From NCBI GenBank assembly GCA_951406725.2, contig OX597815.1:25668001-25732000 (forward strand): a stretch of DNA of 64,000 bases, in the 5' to 3' direction. Every line of letters starts with the position of its first letter. Positions within the stretch are counted from its first letter, which is position 1. This document shows positions 26,326 through 40,111 of the stretch, in pieces. A program made the position numbers and the translations under genes. Below the pieces are notes generated by a model. It was not told where the DNA came from and did not search any database. It saw nothing but the letters and a program-made list of their open reading frames with translations. This DNA is from Octopus vulgaris. Lineage: Eukaryota.

Positions 26326-26982
26326 CTGATAAATTACGACCAGAACAAGTCTGCTAGCGTCAAACCTCTCAAGCACTTTCGTTTATCCTTGTACAGTAGT
26401 TTACATATCTGCTACTCGTTTATCTAAGATTCTTTCTAATTTTGGCATGAGATCAGCAATTTTGGTGGGAGGGGAAGTCGGTTACATCGGCCTCAGGTCT
26501 TAACTGGTACTTTATTTTATCGACCCGAAAGGCAAAGTTGACTGTGGCGAATTTGAACTCAGAACGTAAAGAATGGAAAAGTTGCTACTAAGCATTTTGT
26601 CTACCAGCTTGCTGCTTTACACGTTCATTTGAATTTAAAATCATTTATACACATAGAGGGTCTGAGTTAGAATGATAAACCACCAGACCACAAGTTCACT
26701 ATTTAATTCAAACCTCTTTTCCTGCAAACTTTATGTACCAACGAAAGCGACTTAGTATTCCAGTCCTCAATGATCGATAAAAGAATATAAAAAATGTCAT
26801 TAAATTCATTCTATTTTACCTTACCCGCAAAATATTGAACCTGTCTCTTAGTTCAAGGAAGTAGTTCATTATTTATAGACTTATACAGATTTCTAACATA
26901 GGTACAATGCACTACATTTGGTGGTGGGTATTTTAAATTTAGTCAACTCGCTTACTGGACCAATATTGAATGAAAGGCAAAG

Positions 26983-27430
26983 GGATCTTTTCGGTTTGAA
27001 CGGCAGTTTTTTCTAGCAGTGTCATATGAAATTGTCACCCATAATTTATGACCCTAGTATCGATCTATTGCATTTCAATCTATTTTAGGGTTAGGGTTAT
27101 AGTTAGAGTTAGTTAGGGTTGGTTAGGGTTAGGGGTGGGGGGAAGGGTATCTTTTTTTCTTCAGAAATGTAAATAAACCCAATCTGTTTCTTAAACGAGG
27201 GACATATTCATACGCCACAGAATGCTTTCACCTCAATAGACGTCATTGATTGATTGAAATTGCAGAAATTGAAGAAAAACAACAAATATCTTACAAACTA
27301 TAGAGTTTTCTCAATAAAGCCAAGAGAAAAAAGATGTTTTATAAACACATTCTACCAGTATACGAAGTTTAAAAGTGTTTAGTTACGTGGAAATTATTTT
27401 TAAAAACTGCCGGTCAAACCGAAAAGATCC
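26983..27430. mobile_element. MITE copy
   Basis: TIRs and 8-bp TSD AGGCAAAG. Sits inside a decayed SINE A remnant. Confidence 0.96.
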
Positions 27431-28155
27431 AGGCAAAGTAAACACCACAGGTAAAGGAATATCACTTAATATTGCATGACATTTTGTCTGCTTCTCTTAT
27501 GAACCCACTGTTGCTCCCCTTTAACGATTCCACCCCCTAACGTTGTTCCGGTGTACTTAACTGACAACGAGTATCAGCCGCGTGCTGGTGCAGCGCCTCC
27601 TCTTCTTCTTCCAGCTATCGCATCTTCGATGGATGAAGGGCTCGAGGGCCGAGGGAATATATGTTTTCTGACAACTACATAGGCATCTGAAACAATTAGC
27701 TAAAGAACAGTACGAACTAGTTAGGTCACTGCTAAGCATTTGCACAGTTTCATCACCGAAGATTCGGTTGCATCGAATTCCTGGTGTATCCCCTACAAGA
27801 ATGATAAAGGGATGGGGAAGAACTCATTCTGAAATATGCTTTAGCTTTAGCTGAAGCATATTTCTTTAGCTTTAGATTTAGGCTTTAGCCTACAGACAAA
27901 ATTTTCTCTATAGTAGCTTCTTGTGAACTGGCAATCCGTGTACCACCGCCTTCCAAGCCCATCATATATATTCGTCTCTGTTCCTCTCATTATCTCTATA
28001 TTGTCTTATACCCTCCAAATTCTCACCTTGTTTACAATATTTTGGCCTCAGGCACTAATCTAAGAAACTGAGTATCAACCTTTCAGCAGACCATGAGAGC
28101 CTGCAAAAATTATGGCTGACGGACCGATGTGTAGTTATTGTTGAATAGATAGATA

Positions 28156-28590
28156 GGATCTTTTCGGTTTGACCGGCAGTTTTTTAAAATAATTTCCACG
28201 TAACTAAACACTTTTAAACTTCGTATACTGGTAGAATGTGTTTATAAAACATCTTTTTCTCTTGGCTTTATTGAGAAAATTCTATAGTTTGTAGGATATT
28301 TGTTATTTTTATTCAATTTCTGTAATTTCAACCAATCAATGACGTCTATTAAGGTGAAAACATTCTGTGTCGTATTAATATGTCCCTCGTTTAAGAAACA
28401 GATTGGGTTTATTTACATTTCTGAAGAAAAAAAGATACCCTTCCCCCACCCCTAGCCTAACTAACCCTAACTCTAACACTAGCCCTAAAACAGATTGAAA
28501 TGCAATAGATCGATACTAGGGTCATAATTATGGGTGACAGTTTCATATGACACCGCTAGAAAAAAACTGCCGGTCAAACCGAAAAGATCC
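28156..28590. mobile_element. MITE copy (opposite orientation to 26983)
   Basis: TIRs and 8-bp TSD GATAGATA. Confidence 0.96.
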
Positions 28591-29213
28591 GATAGATATA
28601 CAAGTATTCCTACCATTGCTTGTTAAGTGAGTAAAACTACATTTACATTTTAGTATAAAAACTGAGAAGTTATGTCATGAGATTAATTCGAGACTAAATT
28701 TTGAACAGCTCCTTCATCGAACAGCCAAATACTTCAAGTTATTACATATATTTTTTTTTTCGATTTTCTTTATTGAGCTGAAGGAACTGAATAACGTTAT
28801 TAATAGCTTCTAATTTTTCTTTTCTTCTTTTTTTTTTTGTGATGGTGTTTCACAGTTGCACGATATTAATTCCAAAATGGTGTTAACTTGACTATTGTAG
28901 TGCAACGGTTTGTTTGGGTAAAGTTAATATTGAATATTTGGAAAGCAAATTGTTTCGAATTGTTTTGATTGTATTATATTTTAAGCGCTAATATTTGGTT
29001 TAGGAAGGACAGGGGATTGGCAAAAACGGCAATGCTTCTTTTATATTTAGTTATTTCCCTTTATGTTCTCTATGTGAACGACATCGAATTTGAATTCGTC
29101 TTTCGTTTTTCAGGCGCCGATGAAATACGTAACACTCTGGTTCTGGAGTCAATTTAAATGATTGTATCAAACGCCTGTAAATTTGAGGTCTGTGGCTACA
29201 TAATGCAAAAAAG

Positions 29214-29626
29214 GGATCTTTTCGGTTTGAACGGCAGTTTTTAAAAATAATTTCCACGTAACTAAACACTTTTAAACTTCGTTTACTGGTAGAATGTGTT
29301 TATAAAACATCTTTTTCTCTTGTCTTTATTGAGAAAATTCTATAGTTTGTAAGATATTTGTTGTTATTTTTCTTCAATTTCTACAATTTCAACCAATCAA
29401 TGACGTCTATTTGAGGTGAAAACATTCTGTGCCGTATGAATATATCCCTCGTTTAAGAAACAGATTGAGCTTATTTACATTTCTGAAGAAAAAAAGATAC
29501 CCTTCCCCCCACCCCTAACCCTAAAACAGATTGAACTGCAATAAATCGATACTAGGGACATAATTATGGGTGACAATTTCATATGACACCGCTAGAAAAA
29601 AACTGCCGTTCAAACCGAAAAGATCC
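29214..29626. mobile_element. MITE copy
   Basis: TIRs and an imperfect TSD (GCAAAAAAG / GCAGAAAG). Confidence 0.94.
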
Positions 29627-30901
29627 GCAGAAAGGTTATAAACTAACTTTTATAAGTTGTTTATCTTTGGATTAGAAATAGTGAAATACTGGAATCGATT
29701 TTATCAATTCTGATCCGAACTCGGCCAAGAGTTTCTGATTTTGTATCATAGATTTGAAGGAGCTATAAGCTGGTGTAAGCTGGTAGAAATGGGACAGTGG
29801 GAGGGTACCTTGTGGTATTTAGTTTGGTCCCTTGTCTTTCGAGTTCAATCCTTTCCGGAATAAATTTTACCTTTCATCCCTTCATGTTCAATTAAAACGT
29901 ATCGGATACATACTGAAGTAGATTAAATCGACTCTACTACTCTTCTACAAATTTCTGACTTTGTGAAGATGGACTGGCGGAAAATATAGAATTAAGTTTT
30001 GTCTCCCCATATTCTGAGATCGAATTTGAGTGAGGTCGGCCTTGCCTTCCACTGACATCAAGGGTCAATAGAATATATATCAAATATGCATTGATTGCAA
30101 TCAATTAACTATACCCTTTTCCTACATCTTTGTAGCCAACTTTTAATCAATCTAAAATAATATTTGTTAATAATATTTGTTTATAAGTGATGCAAATGAC
30201 ATTATGAAAGTCATAAATGTCAAACTTTATATTTTCCTTAACAAACAAGTCTTTGTGACAAGTAAAATAAATATCAATAATTATAGTGAATTAAATTTAG
30301 GGATTTAGGGAATTATTACGCAGCCCAGTCAACAATGAAGCAACAGTAGTTTTCTTCATTCCCAATATATTTTATATTCGAATCTATTTAATATATCATT
30401 AACATTAAAATCAAATTAACGGCTATGATATTAATAAAATTAACGACTACGATATTAATAAAATTACTTTTTGTTTCTTTCTTTTGTCAGTTGGTCATGT
30501 GCTATGTCGCCTGCGTTTTCCGTCTGGTCACGTGACAGCGCTGTTGTCTGCTCATTGTATCTCTTTCCGCTGTAGTTTCTGTTCTTTTATTTTCCCCACA
30601 CTGCCGGCAATAGCACCTGTTCTTACCTCCCGCTGTATTACTTTTTTCTTTTTCTCACCCCTCTCTCAACAGCGTTTTTCCATCCTTTTCCCTCTTTTAC
30701 TCTCCTCTGTTGGTGGCAGCGTAAATCAATTTTTATCTCTTTTCTTTCTTCTTTCTTTCCCCCTCTCTCCCCATCTTTCTTTCACACTCTCTCTTAATAG
30801 CCATCTATTATCCGTAGTTATCGCATTTTCTTTTTACTTCCATTTTGTGAGTACCACATCCAAGTTTATTAATGGTACAAAAATTAGTGACTATGTTACT
30901 A

Positions 30902-31297
30902 AGGCGGCAAGCTGGCAGAACCGTTAGCACGCGGGACGAAATGCGTAGCCGTATTTCGTCTGCCGTTACGTTCTGAGTTCAAATTCCACCGAGGTCGACT
31001 TTGCCTTTCATCCTTTCGGGGTCGATTAAATAAGTACTAGTTACGCACTGGGGTTGATACAATCGACTTAATCCGTTTGTCTGGCCTTGTTGTCCTCTCT
31101 GTGTTTAGCCTCTTGTGGGTTGTAAAGAAATAGGTATTTCGTCTGTCTTTATGTTGTGAGTTCAAATTCTGCTGAGGTCGATTTCGCCTTTCATCCTTTC
31201 GGCGTCGATAAATTAAGTACCATTTACGTATTGGGGTCGATCTAATCGACTTACCCCCTCCCCCAAAATTCCGGGCCTTGTGCTAGAGTAGAAAAAG
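30902..31297 (+). mobile_element. SINE A composite: tail-1 unit followed by a tail-2 unit
   Basis: Junction AAGAAATA|GGTATTTCGTCTG. The second unit ends CCCCAAAATTCCGGGCCTTGTG. Flanking repeat AATTA(G/T)TGACTATGTTACT. Confidence 0.9.
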
Positions 31298-31477
31298 AAT
31301 TATTGACTATGTTACTCTTGATACAAATGTCTTGTATTTTTAAATGGGTGTTAATAGGAATCCGTGAATTTCATGCTTCTTCTCAAGATATTTTCGAAAT
31401 TCAACCGGGAATTTAAACAGGATGGCCAACTAGAATAGACGGAGTTTGGCTCTTACTATGTGGTATATTCTACAATT

Positions 31478-31856
31478 GGAGGCGCAATGGCCCAGTGGTT
31501 AGGGCAGCGGACTCGCGGTCGTAGGATCGTGGTTTCAATTTCCAGACCGGGCGTTGTGAGTGTTTATTGAGCGAAAACACCTAAAGCTCCACGAGGCTCC
31601 GGCAAGGATGGTGGTGATCCCTGCTGTACTCTTTCACCACAACTTTCTCTCACTCTTACTTCCTGTTTCTGTTGTACCTGTATTTCTAGGGCCGGCCTTG
31701 TCACTCTCTGTGTCACGCTGAATATCCCCGAGAACTACGTTAAGGGTACACGTGTCTGTGGAGTGCTCAGCCACTTACACGTTAATTTCACGAGCAGGCT
31801 GTTCCGTTGATCGGATCAACCGGAACCCTCGTCGTCGTAACCGACGGAGTGCTTCC
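31478..31856 (+). mobile_element. tRNA-derived SINE family C
   Basis: GGAGGCGCAATGGCCCAGTGGTTAGG (A box) ...GGTTTCAATTTCC (B box). 11-bp TSD ATTCTACAATT. Confidence 0.9.
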
Positions 31857-32079
31857 ATTCTACAATTATTATCATACTGTGATATTGATTTCAAATTTTC
31901 GCACAAGTTCAGCAATTTCGGAGGAGTGAGTGAGTCGATTACATCGACCCCAGTGTTCAATTGGTACCTATTTTATCGACCTTGATAGGCAAAGTCGATA
32001 CCGGTAGCATTTGAACTCAGAACGTAAAGATGGAAGAAATGTTGCTAAGTATTTTGCCTGGTGTGTTAACGATTCTTTT

Positions 32080-32465
32080 TTCTCTAAGGCATAAGGCCCG
32101 AACTTTTGGGGGAGAGGGTCAGTCGATTAGACCGGCCCCAGTACGCAACTGGTACTTAATTTATCGACCCCAGAAGGATGAAAGGCAAAGTCGACCTCGG
32201 CGGAATTTGAACTCAGAACGTAAAGACAGACGAAATACCTATTTCTTTATTACCCACAAGGGGCTAAACACAGACGGAACAAACAAGGACAGACATAGGT
32301 ATTAAGTCGATTACATCGACCCCAGTGCGTAACTGGTGCTTAATTTATCGACCCCGAAAGGATGAAAGGCAAAGTCGACCTCAGCGGAATTTGAACTCAG
32401 AACGTAAAGACAGACGAAATACCGCTAAGCATTTCGCGCGGCGTGCTAACGATTCTGCCAGCTCA
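32080..32465 (-). mobile_element. SINE A composite (tail-1 unit joined to a tail-2 unit)
   Basis: Same junction as above, read as GACGAAATACC|TATTTCTTT on the plus strand. Confidence 0.9.
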
Positions 32466-32901
32466 CTGCATTTATTATCATGCTGTGATATTGGAATATT
32501 TGCGCGCGCGCGCGTGAAGATGTGTGCGTGCACGCGCGCAGTGCATTCAAAAACTGGGAAAAGACCAATGAAAGAAAAAAAGAAAACTTTTAGCAGCTGG
32601 AAAGAGTAAAAAAATTAATATTTATTAACGGTATCAGGGCAACGAGCTGGCAGAATCTTTTGCACGCTTGGCAAAATGCTTAGTGGAATTTAGTCCGTCT
32701 TCACGTTCTGTGTTTAAAATCCACCAAGGCTGACTTTGCCTTTCATCTTTTTTCGGGGTCGATAAAATAAGTACCAGTTGAGTGCTGAGGTCGTGTAATC
32801 GACTTGCCCACTGCCCCGAAATTTCTGGCCTGGCGCCAAAATTTGAAGCAAATATTTATTTTTTTCTACTCTAGGCACAAGGCCCGAAATTTTTGGAGAA
32901 G

Positions 32902-33646
32902 TTTGCTATCAAAAGACTACAGAGTGACAATACCATCATAATACTTCCAGCGGACAAGGGAAATGCTACAGTGGTAATGAACAAGTCTGACTACTTTGAA
33001 AAATTGGCAAGTCTTATAAGTGATGGTAGCCACAGCAAAGAAAAGAAAAACCCAACTCTGAAAACAGAGAGGAAGTTGTCACAGGTCTTGATCAAGAACG
33101 AGGATCACTTTACACCAATGAAGTACAGACATCTGACTCAACACTACAGTAAACTACCACACATGTACGGTCTTCCTGAGATTCACAAGGATGGTATTCC
33201 ATTAAGACCTATAGTGAGCTGTAGAGGTTCAGCATGTCATCCACTGAGCCGCTTCCTTGTGGACATAATCAGTCCATTAGCAGGAAAGTCAACATCGTAC
33301 GTGAAGAATTCCACCCACTTCACAGAATTGATCAGAGATACCTCTATTGAATCCAACCAGATGATGAGTCTAGATGTGATAAGTCCCAACTTGTGAAGAA
33401 CTATCGGTGATTCAGGAAAAACTAATGACAGACACCCATCTAAAAGAACGCACTAGTATACCAATAAGAAAGTTGATTGAAATGTGGACCTTCTGTGTAG
33501 AAACTACCTACTTCAGTATGGACACTGATATATATCGACAAGAAGAGGGTTTGGCTTTGGGTTTGCCATTATCACCGATAATAGCCAATATATACATGGA
33601 ATACTTTGAGAATTTGGCTTTAGGATCAACACCACTAAAACCAATG
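32902..33646 (+). pseudogene. Penelope-like element reverse-transcriptase fragment
   Basis: IIILPADKGNATVVMN, MYGLPEIHKDGIPLRPIVS, SYVKNS, MMSLDV and YRQEEGLALGLPLSPIIANIYMEYFE are PLE RT motifs. Broken near 33390 and truncated before the catalytic DD motif. Confidence 0.92.
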
Positions 33647-33671
33647 ACGGAAATAAATATATGTCTATAAA

Positions 33672-33825
33672 TCTGTTAGTAAGAAGTTTGCTTCCAAACC
33701 ACATGGTTCACATGGTTCGTGGTTCAGTCCCACTGCTTGGGATCTTGGGTAAGTGTCTTCCATTACAATCCCGGGCCGATCAAAGCCTTGTGAAAATTTG
33801 GGAGACGGAAACTGAAAGAATCCCG

Positions 33826-33912
<87 letters not shown>

Positions 33913-33925
33913 CGTGTGTATATAT
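33672..33925 (+). mobile_element. Partial SINE family B
   Basis: AACCACATGGTTC..GGTTCAGTCCCACTGC..AAGTGTCTTC..GGAAACTGAAAGAA followed by (TA)n(TG)n. Confidence 0.85.
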
Positions 33926-34139
33926 GAATCTATGACTGTATATATGTTAATATATGATTGATTGATTGATTGATTCTAGTTTCAGCTCACGAGCTGTGGC
34001 CATGCTGGGGCACCGCCATTGATATAAATATGTGTGTGTTTCAGTGTCCAAAATGGCAGCATTTTAAAATAACAAAACATCTAAACAACTTACGTACACA
34101 AGCATGCGCGCGCACACACACACACAGAACTTCATTCTC

Positions 34140-34206
<67 letters not shown>

Positions 34207-34211
34207 CTCTA

Positions 34212-34243
<32 letters not shown>

Positions 34244-34515
34244 TATATATCGGTATGTATGTATGCTTGTGTACTGTTTCCCCTAATATATATATGCGTA
34301 TGTGTGTGTGTGCATACATATACATACATTCAAACATTCATATTTGTATCTATGTACGTATGTATGAATGCGTGTATGTATGTATCAACTCCCGTTTTCA
34401 TTTCTCATATCAATACAAAACTTTATATTAAGCGTCTTTCCCCCAGAATAGGAAACGCCAAAAACTTTAATATTTCAGACCAGCAACAGACGGTGAAAAT
34501 GAATAAAAGCTAGAG

Positions 34516-34548
<33 letters not shown>

Positions 34549-36479
34549 TTATTATCATTTTATGAGAAAACAGAAGGCGGCAGAATGTATTTACACAAAC
34601 ATACACTCGTATCGATGTTGCTGATCGGAAGAGCATATGTCATCCTTTCTGTTAAAGCACAAACGAGAGTAGTAGCGAAACGAAACGGGTTTAGCTCCAT
34701 CAACCACTAACGCCACCAAACAGCAGTTCTTTTCACCGGAACTTCACGGCCGATCATCTTACAACGAATATCGAATACGATATCGCAGTGAAGTGGTCGG
34801 ATTCTGTGTAGCTTTGTCGTTTATCCACTTGACAAATATCACACGAACGCTACCGGAAATGTTTTGATTCGATTGCTTTCTGCTTTTGACGTCCTTGACA
34901 CGCTCCGGCACATATGTGAACAGGTTGAGTGAAAAAATAACTACAAGAATAAAGAACTTGCTGGTCACTTCGGGTCAGCAGACATTGAGCGTTAGTTAAG
35001 AAAGAAAAATGACTGGAGTAGGTAGGTGAGTTATTTTCTATAGAATGTTCTGTGGTGTTACTGGGGTGGGGGAAAAAAGGAAAGAAAAGAAAAGAATTGG
35101 CTAGTTTTCTTAATTGTCTCAAGACAAGGATGTTAGTGGTCGATACAGAACATTGGCAGTTCTATGTGTGTTAGTACGCTTGATGGTGAGGTAGATGGAG
35201 AAATAAGTTGGATAAAAATGCTGCAGATATCGTGACAGACTTGGGAAGGAAGGGAAAAAATCAAAGGGAAGATAAATATAAAACTGAATAGAAAAGAAAT
35301 AAAGAGAGATAGGAAGAGAAATAGAGAGGGAAGGGTATGAGAGCGTGTTTGTGAAAGGATGAGCAAAAAAGATGAAATCCATTGAGAAGTTGAATCGGAG
35401 AAAGTCAACGGAAAAAAAAAAGGATGGGGATATTAGATGACGAAAACAGAGGAAGAAGAAAAAAAATCCGAAGGTAACTGTGTAAACAGTAAAACTTAAA
35501 ACATCTTTAAGGCTGCGTCGAAAAAAAAAAAAAAAACGAGAGAAAAAAATGAGGACTTCTATCGAAGTATTTGTGTGTAACTAAGGAGCAGACGACAGCG
35601 ATCGAGTTTCATTCGGAATCTCCATTGTTTTTTTATTCATTTAATTTGTCTTAGACAAATCATGACTTATAATATTTGTTTTATGAAGATATGGTTTCAA
35701 AACCTGATCTGGAAAGGCAGACATATGGTGCCAGCAACAAATTGATCGGAAACACTTTGGGTATGTTTTTTGTATTCTGATTTTTTTCTAAGCATTTTTT
35801 TCTTTTTGTCTTGTTTTTTTTTTCTCTCTAAATATTCTGGAAGACTGGAAATGGAATCATTTTCCAAAAAAACATTTACAATGAAAGCGAAGTATGTGAA
35901 GGACCCAACGTAACTGATGTAACTTGATTTCACAACAGGATGATTTCGATGTTTGCATAAGGAGCTGCGAAGGAGTTCTTTTGTGCGGAGTTGTTGTCGG
36001 GTTTATCTATACATGTAATTAGGGAGTATTTGGATACGTGATGGCATGTCATTAGAACTGTTTCCTAAATCACCAAATCGATAAAATTTGGCCTCTTAAC
36101 CAAATTATAATCGGTTTGCATCTTGCTACATCTGCTGTGTTGCATCTCCTGGCGAAAATTCCTAACCTCTGGATCACAAACCTTCATCTTACGTATTATA
36201 TATTTAAATAAAAAAAGCTAAATAATGTCCTGCATTCCACTGGCTCGCCGAACTAACGAAAACTTCATTTTGATGCAGGAATTCAAAGAGTATACTGGGG
36301 TGTATTGATCTTGTACATCGTGGGTTTTGAACTCGGTACTTTAAGTAAATAAACCACTTGTTAATTGGGGAGGTCCTGTCTACTTCACACTGTAAATCAA
36401 TATCCTTATTAGTCTCACTTTTTCTTTTTAAAATTTGGTTTGGAGTTAGGAGCTCTGCTTACGACCTTCGAAATCCTGG

Positions 36480-36780
36480 AAAAACTAGTTCGACGTTCCT
36501 CTGGAGCAACTGCAAGCTGATAGAGTCCGGAAAAACATCTATTTGGAGGGGATTAAAAAGAGTCGATGTTTTGTGAATGAAGGACTGAGCATATTGGCGA
36601 GTGGGGTGGTAGGCACAAAATAGGTTACGAGAGGATAAGAGACAAGCGCGCGCGCGTGTATGGGCTTTAGATCAGCTAACTCTGAGGAGAAAATGCCACT
36701 GTAGTAACGGTAGAGAGAGTAGATAAAGACGACAACACGTATGTGGAGGCAACATGTATGCTGTTGACTGTTGCAAAACA
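36480..36780 (-). pseudogene. Decayed L2/Crack-like LINE ORF2 C-terminus
   Basis: Frameshifted pieces SLYRYYSGIFSSELADL and QYAQSFIHKTSTLFNPLQIDVFPDSISLQ resemble the CR1/L2-group C-terminal pattern (YRYY.G..S.EL ... SF..RT..LWN.LP..VFP). Confidence 0.6.
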
Positions 36781-37669
36781 AGTAAAACGTGTTTCATTTG
36801 TTTACACTACTGAATTCAAACCTCACTATGTACGAGGGGGTGCCCAAAGTACCATGAAGTGAAAGTGAACCCAAAAGAACTTGGAATCGAAATGCGAGGG
36901 AAATGGTTATACATGATAAATATGAATGATAGGATATAGAATTTTTAAAAATTGCATCTTTTGTTTTTGCTTTTTGTTGTTGCTAGTTCTTAAGAAATGT
37001 AAATTTGGACTGACACAATAATGGTTTCTGAATTAGGCATCAGACCAACAGAAGGTTAATCGATACCATTGACGTCAGCCCAGTACTTGACTCGAACTTT
37101 ATTTCTTTTGCCCAGGAAGAGTGAAAAACGAAGCTGACCTCGGTGGTATTTGAAGTCAGAACGTAAAAAACCGGAAGAAATATTGCAAAGCATTTTTCTC
37201 GACGCCCTAAGAACTCTACTGTCTTCGACTACTATTTATTTATCGCATTTTTCTCGACGCCTTAAGAATTCTACTGTCTTTGACTCGACACTATAATGGT
37301 TTCAAATTTTGGTACAAGGCCAGCAATTTTAGGAGGAGGAGTAAGTCGATTACATCGATCTCTGTTCTTCACTGGTACTTATTTAATCGACTTCGAAAGT
37401 ATGAAGGGCAAAGTTGACCTTAGCAGAATTTGAAGTCAGAACTTGGAGAGCCAGAAGAAATGCCGCTATGCATTTTGTCCGACGCGCAAACGCTTCTGCC
37501 AGTTTGTCACCTTAACTAATACACTAAATCTCCCTAAATTTAGTACAAGGTCAGCAAATTTAGGAAAGAGAGCTTATCGATTACATCGACCTCAGTGCTC
37601 GGCTACTACTTATTTATCGATTCCAAATGGCAAAAGGCAAAGTTAACCTTGACAGAATTTGAACTCAGT

Positions 37670-37966
37670 CATCATCATCATTGTTCGACCGTGGTCGAGA
37701 CAATGGAATTTACTATGTTACGCCAGACCTCACGGTCCATCATAGCATTACGGAGGTCCTGTCGCTGGATGCCTGTATCCCTGGAAATTACATCAGGGTA
37801 GGAGAGTATGCACCCTCTGGTATCGCGAGAAGAGTAGAAATTACCTCGTTTTCAGCTCTACAACAACGTCCAGCAAACTGAACTCATCTATCATTCACAA
37901 GAGATGATACAGGTGGTAATTTCCCATATATTTGTACTTTGGTTGGATGACGCTTCCACGAGAGAT
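37670..37966 (-). mobile_element. 5'-truncated RTEX-like LINE inserted into a SINE A copy
   Basis: NLSWKRHPTKVQIYGKLPPVSSLV..QFAGRCCRAENEVIS and ..RDTGIQRQDLRNAMMDREVWRNIV. (TGA)n tail. 12-bp TSD TTTGAACTCAGT at 37658-37669 and 37967-37978. Confidence 0.82.
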
Positions 37967-39011
37967 TTTGAACTCAGTGTATAAAGAGCCGAACGAAATA
38001 TCGCCAAGCATTCTGTCCGATATGCAAACGATTCTACAAACTCACCAACTTAACTGATACAAAAATGATACCATACCATACTATACTAGCTGTTGTTCAA
38101 TCGCCCCTGCTCAACTCTGCTCTTGCAGACTTATAATAGAAGTGTTCCAGCTCTTACCATTCCAATTTTTCTTTTCAAACGATATGTCCAAGACTGTATC
38201 TTTTATTAAAGGTGGTACGAGATGCACTGAAGGACACTTGGCGTTTATTTTTGACAAGTCTTGGAGTCGTGTAACAATACCTTCTTCAAGTATGTGTAGG
38301 AGGGCCGGAGATTTAGATTTTCATACCATTTTCTAAGAACATTGGTAGTGTAAGTGAAGTGATGAGGTGGCTTTCAACACAGATTCGAAACTGCGAAGCG
38401 TTGTCCATCCGTTAAAAAGACTACCTCCTGCTCTACATCGCTGTCTGATGCAAATTACTGGAGCGATTGTAAGGCACAAGACCTGATATTAATTGGAAGC
38501 TGGAAATAGGATCAAGGAAATCATCAGCTGTTGTACCATTTTTTTCTTTTGCTTTTTTGTATGTTTTATCTTCTTTTATTTTCCCTTCTCATTTCCATAA
38601 TATTTTTCCCCAAGTTAAACTGTAACAACAGTATGAACATCATCATCATCATCGTAGTCGTAGTCTTCATCATCATCATCATCATCAACAACAACAACAG
38701 CAATAAATATAACCACTAAAACAGCAACAAGGAAGAAACAAATCACCATTAGTGTCACTGCAATACCACAAAGACACGTGGTAACATCGGGTATAGCTGA
38801 CCTCCCCCACACCACCACCACCACCACCACCACCACTACCTCCACCGCCTACACTACATGAAACCTCACACCCACTTTATTATTTGTGTCACTCTTTTGT
38901 TAACCTTTAACATGATGTTTGTCTGTGTGTCTGTCTGTATGGCCGTCTTCTATTTTTGTTTTAGATAATTCTCGATTCTTCTTTGCCTCTCCTCCCGCTC
39001 TTTTTTAACGT

Positions 39012-39231
39012 CGTCACCACCACCACCACCACCACTACTACTACTACTACTACCACCACCACCACCACCACCACCACTACAACTACTACTACTACTACTA
39101 CCACCACCACCTCCGCCACCACCACCACCACTACCACTACTACTACTACTACTACCACCACCACCTCCGCCACCACCACCACCACCACCACTACTACTAC
39201 TACTACTACCACCACCACCACACCACTACCA

Positions 39232-39289
<58 letters not shown>

Positions 39290-39300
39290 CACCACCACCA

Positions 39301-39355
<55 letters not shown>

Positions 39356-39422
39356 CACCACCACCACTACTACTACTACTACCACCACCACCACCACCAC
39401 CACCACCACCACCACCACCACC

Positions 39423-39488
<66 letters not shown>

Positions 39489-39490
39489 GT
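39012..39490. repeat. Compound (ACC/ACT)n array
   Basis: Visible directly. Confidence 0.95.
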
Positions 39491-39811
39491 TTGTATTATC
39501 AACACACGTATTCATCATCATCGCAAATTACCAGAGATACAATAACTATCACCATCTTCATCACCATCTTCATCACAACCATCTCCACCACTACCATCGT
39601 CACCATCACCACATTTGCCTTCTAAAATTGTTATGACCACGACTACCACCACCACCACCACCACCACCACCATCACCATCACCGTCACCAACTATTACTC
39701 TTCCTTCCTCCATAACGTAACCTCCTATCGCTATCATCACCACGAAGACAGACATCACCTCTTCTACTATATTCGCCACGATCTGCGCCTTGTTCAATCA
39801 TTAGAAATAAT

Positions 39812-40094
39812 TTCATTAATTGGCCACAAGGGCGAATATGAATATACATAAAAGGACATGCAGCAAGATAAAAGACAACACAAGACGATACAAACGGTTC
39901 TCCGTATGCAAACAATAAAAAACAACGAAAAATTAAACAAAATAAAACTCCCAATAGGGGGAGGTGCTTTAAATGTTATTCGTGCAAAAACCCGCAAAAG
40001 CCACGGGTGCCTGATGAACAGGGCAAGAACCCTTCTTTTATTTTTTCAGGTGTATACTCAGAATTGATCATTTCACAATGACCATTCTTCAAAA
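39812..40094 (-). mobile_element. Short 3' fragment of an L1/Tx1-like LINE
   Basis: 17-bp TSD CAATCATTAGAAATAAT (39795-39811 and 40095-40111). Shares AAAACTCCCA(A/G)TAGGGG(G)AGG and the terminal GCCC(T)TGTGGC hairpin with the adjacent copy. Confidence 0.75.
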
Positions 40095-40111
40095 CAATCA
40101 TTAGAAATAAT

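Noticed and set aside
27085-27135. TTAGGG repeats as a telomere or fusion scar
   Set aside because: They are short, degenerate and always internal to the MITE.
31478-31552. Apparent tRNA genes here and at 56568 and 63284
   Set aside because: No closed acceptor stem, and they continue into SINE bodies (with a TSD at 31478). They are SINE heads.
36831-36850. TACGAGGGGGTGCCC, resembling a mariner TIR start
   Set aside because: No matching opposite end found.
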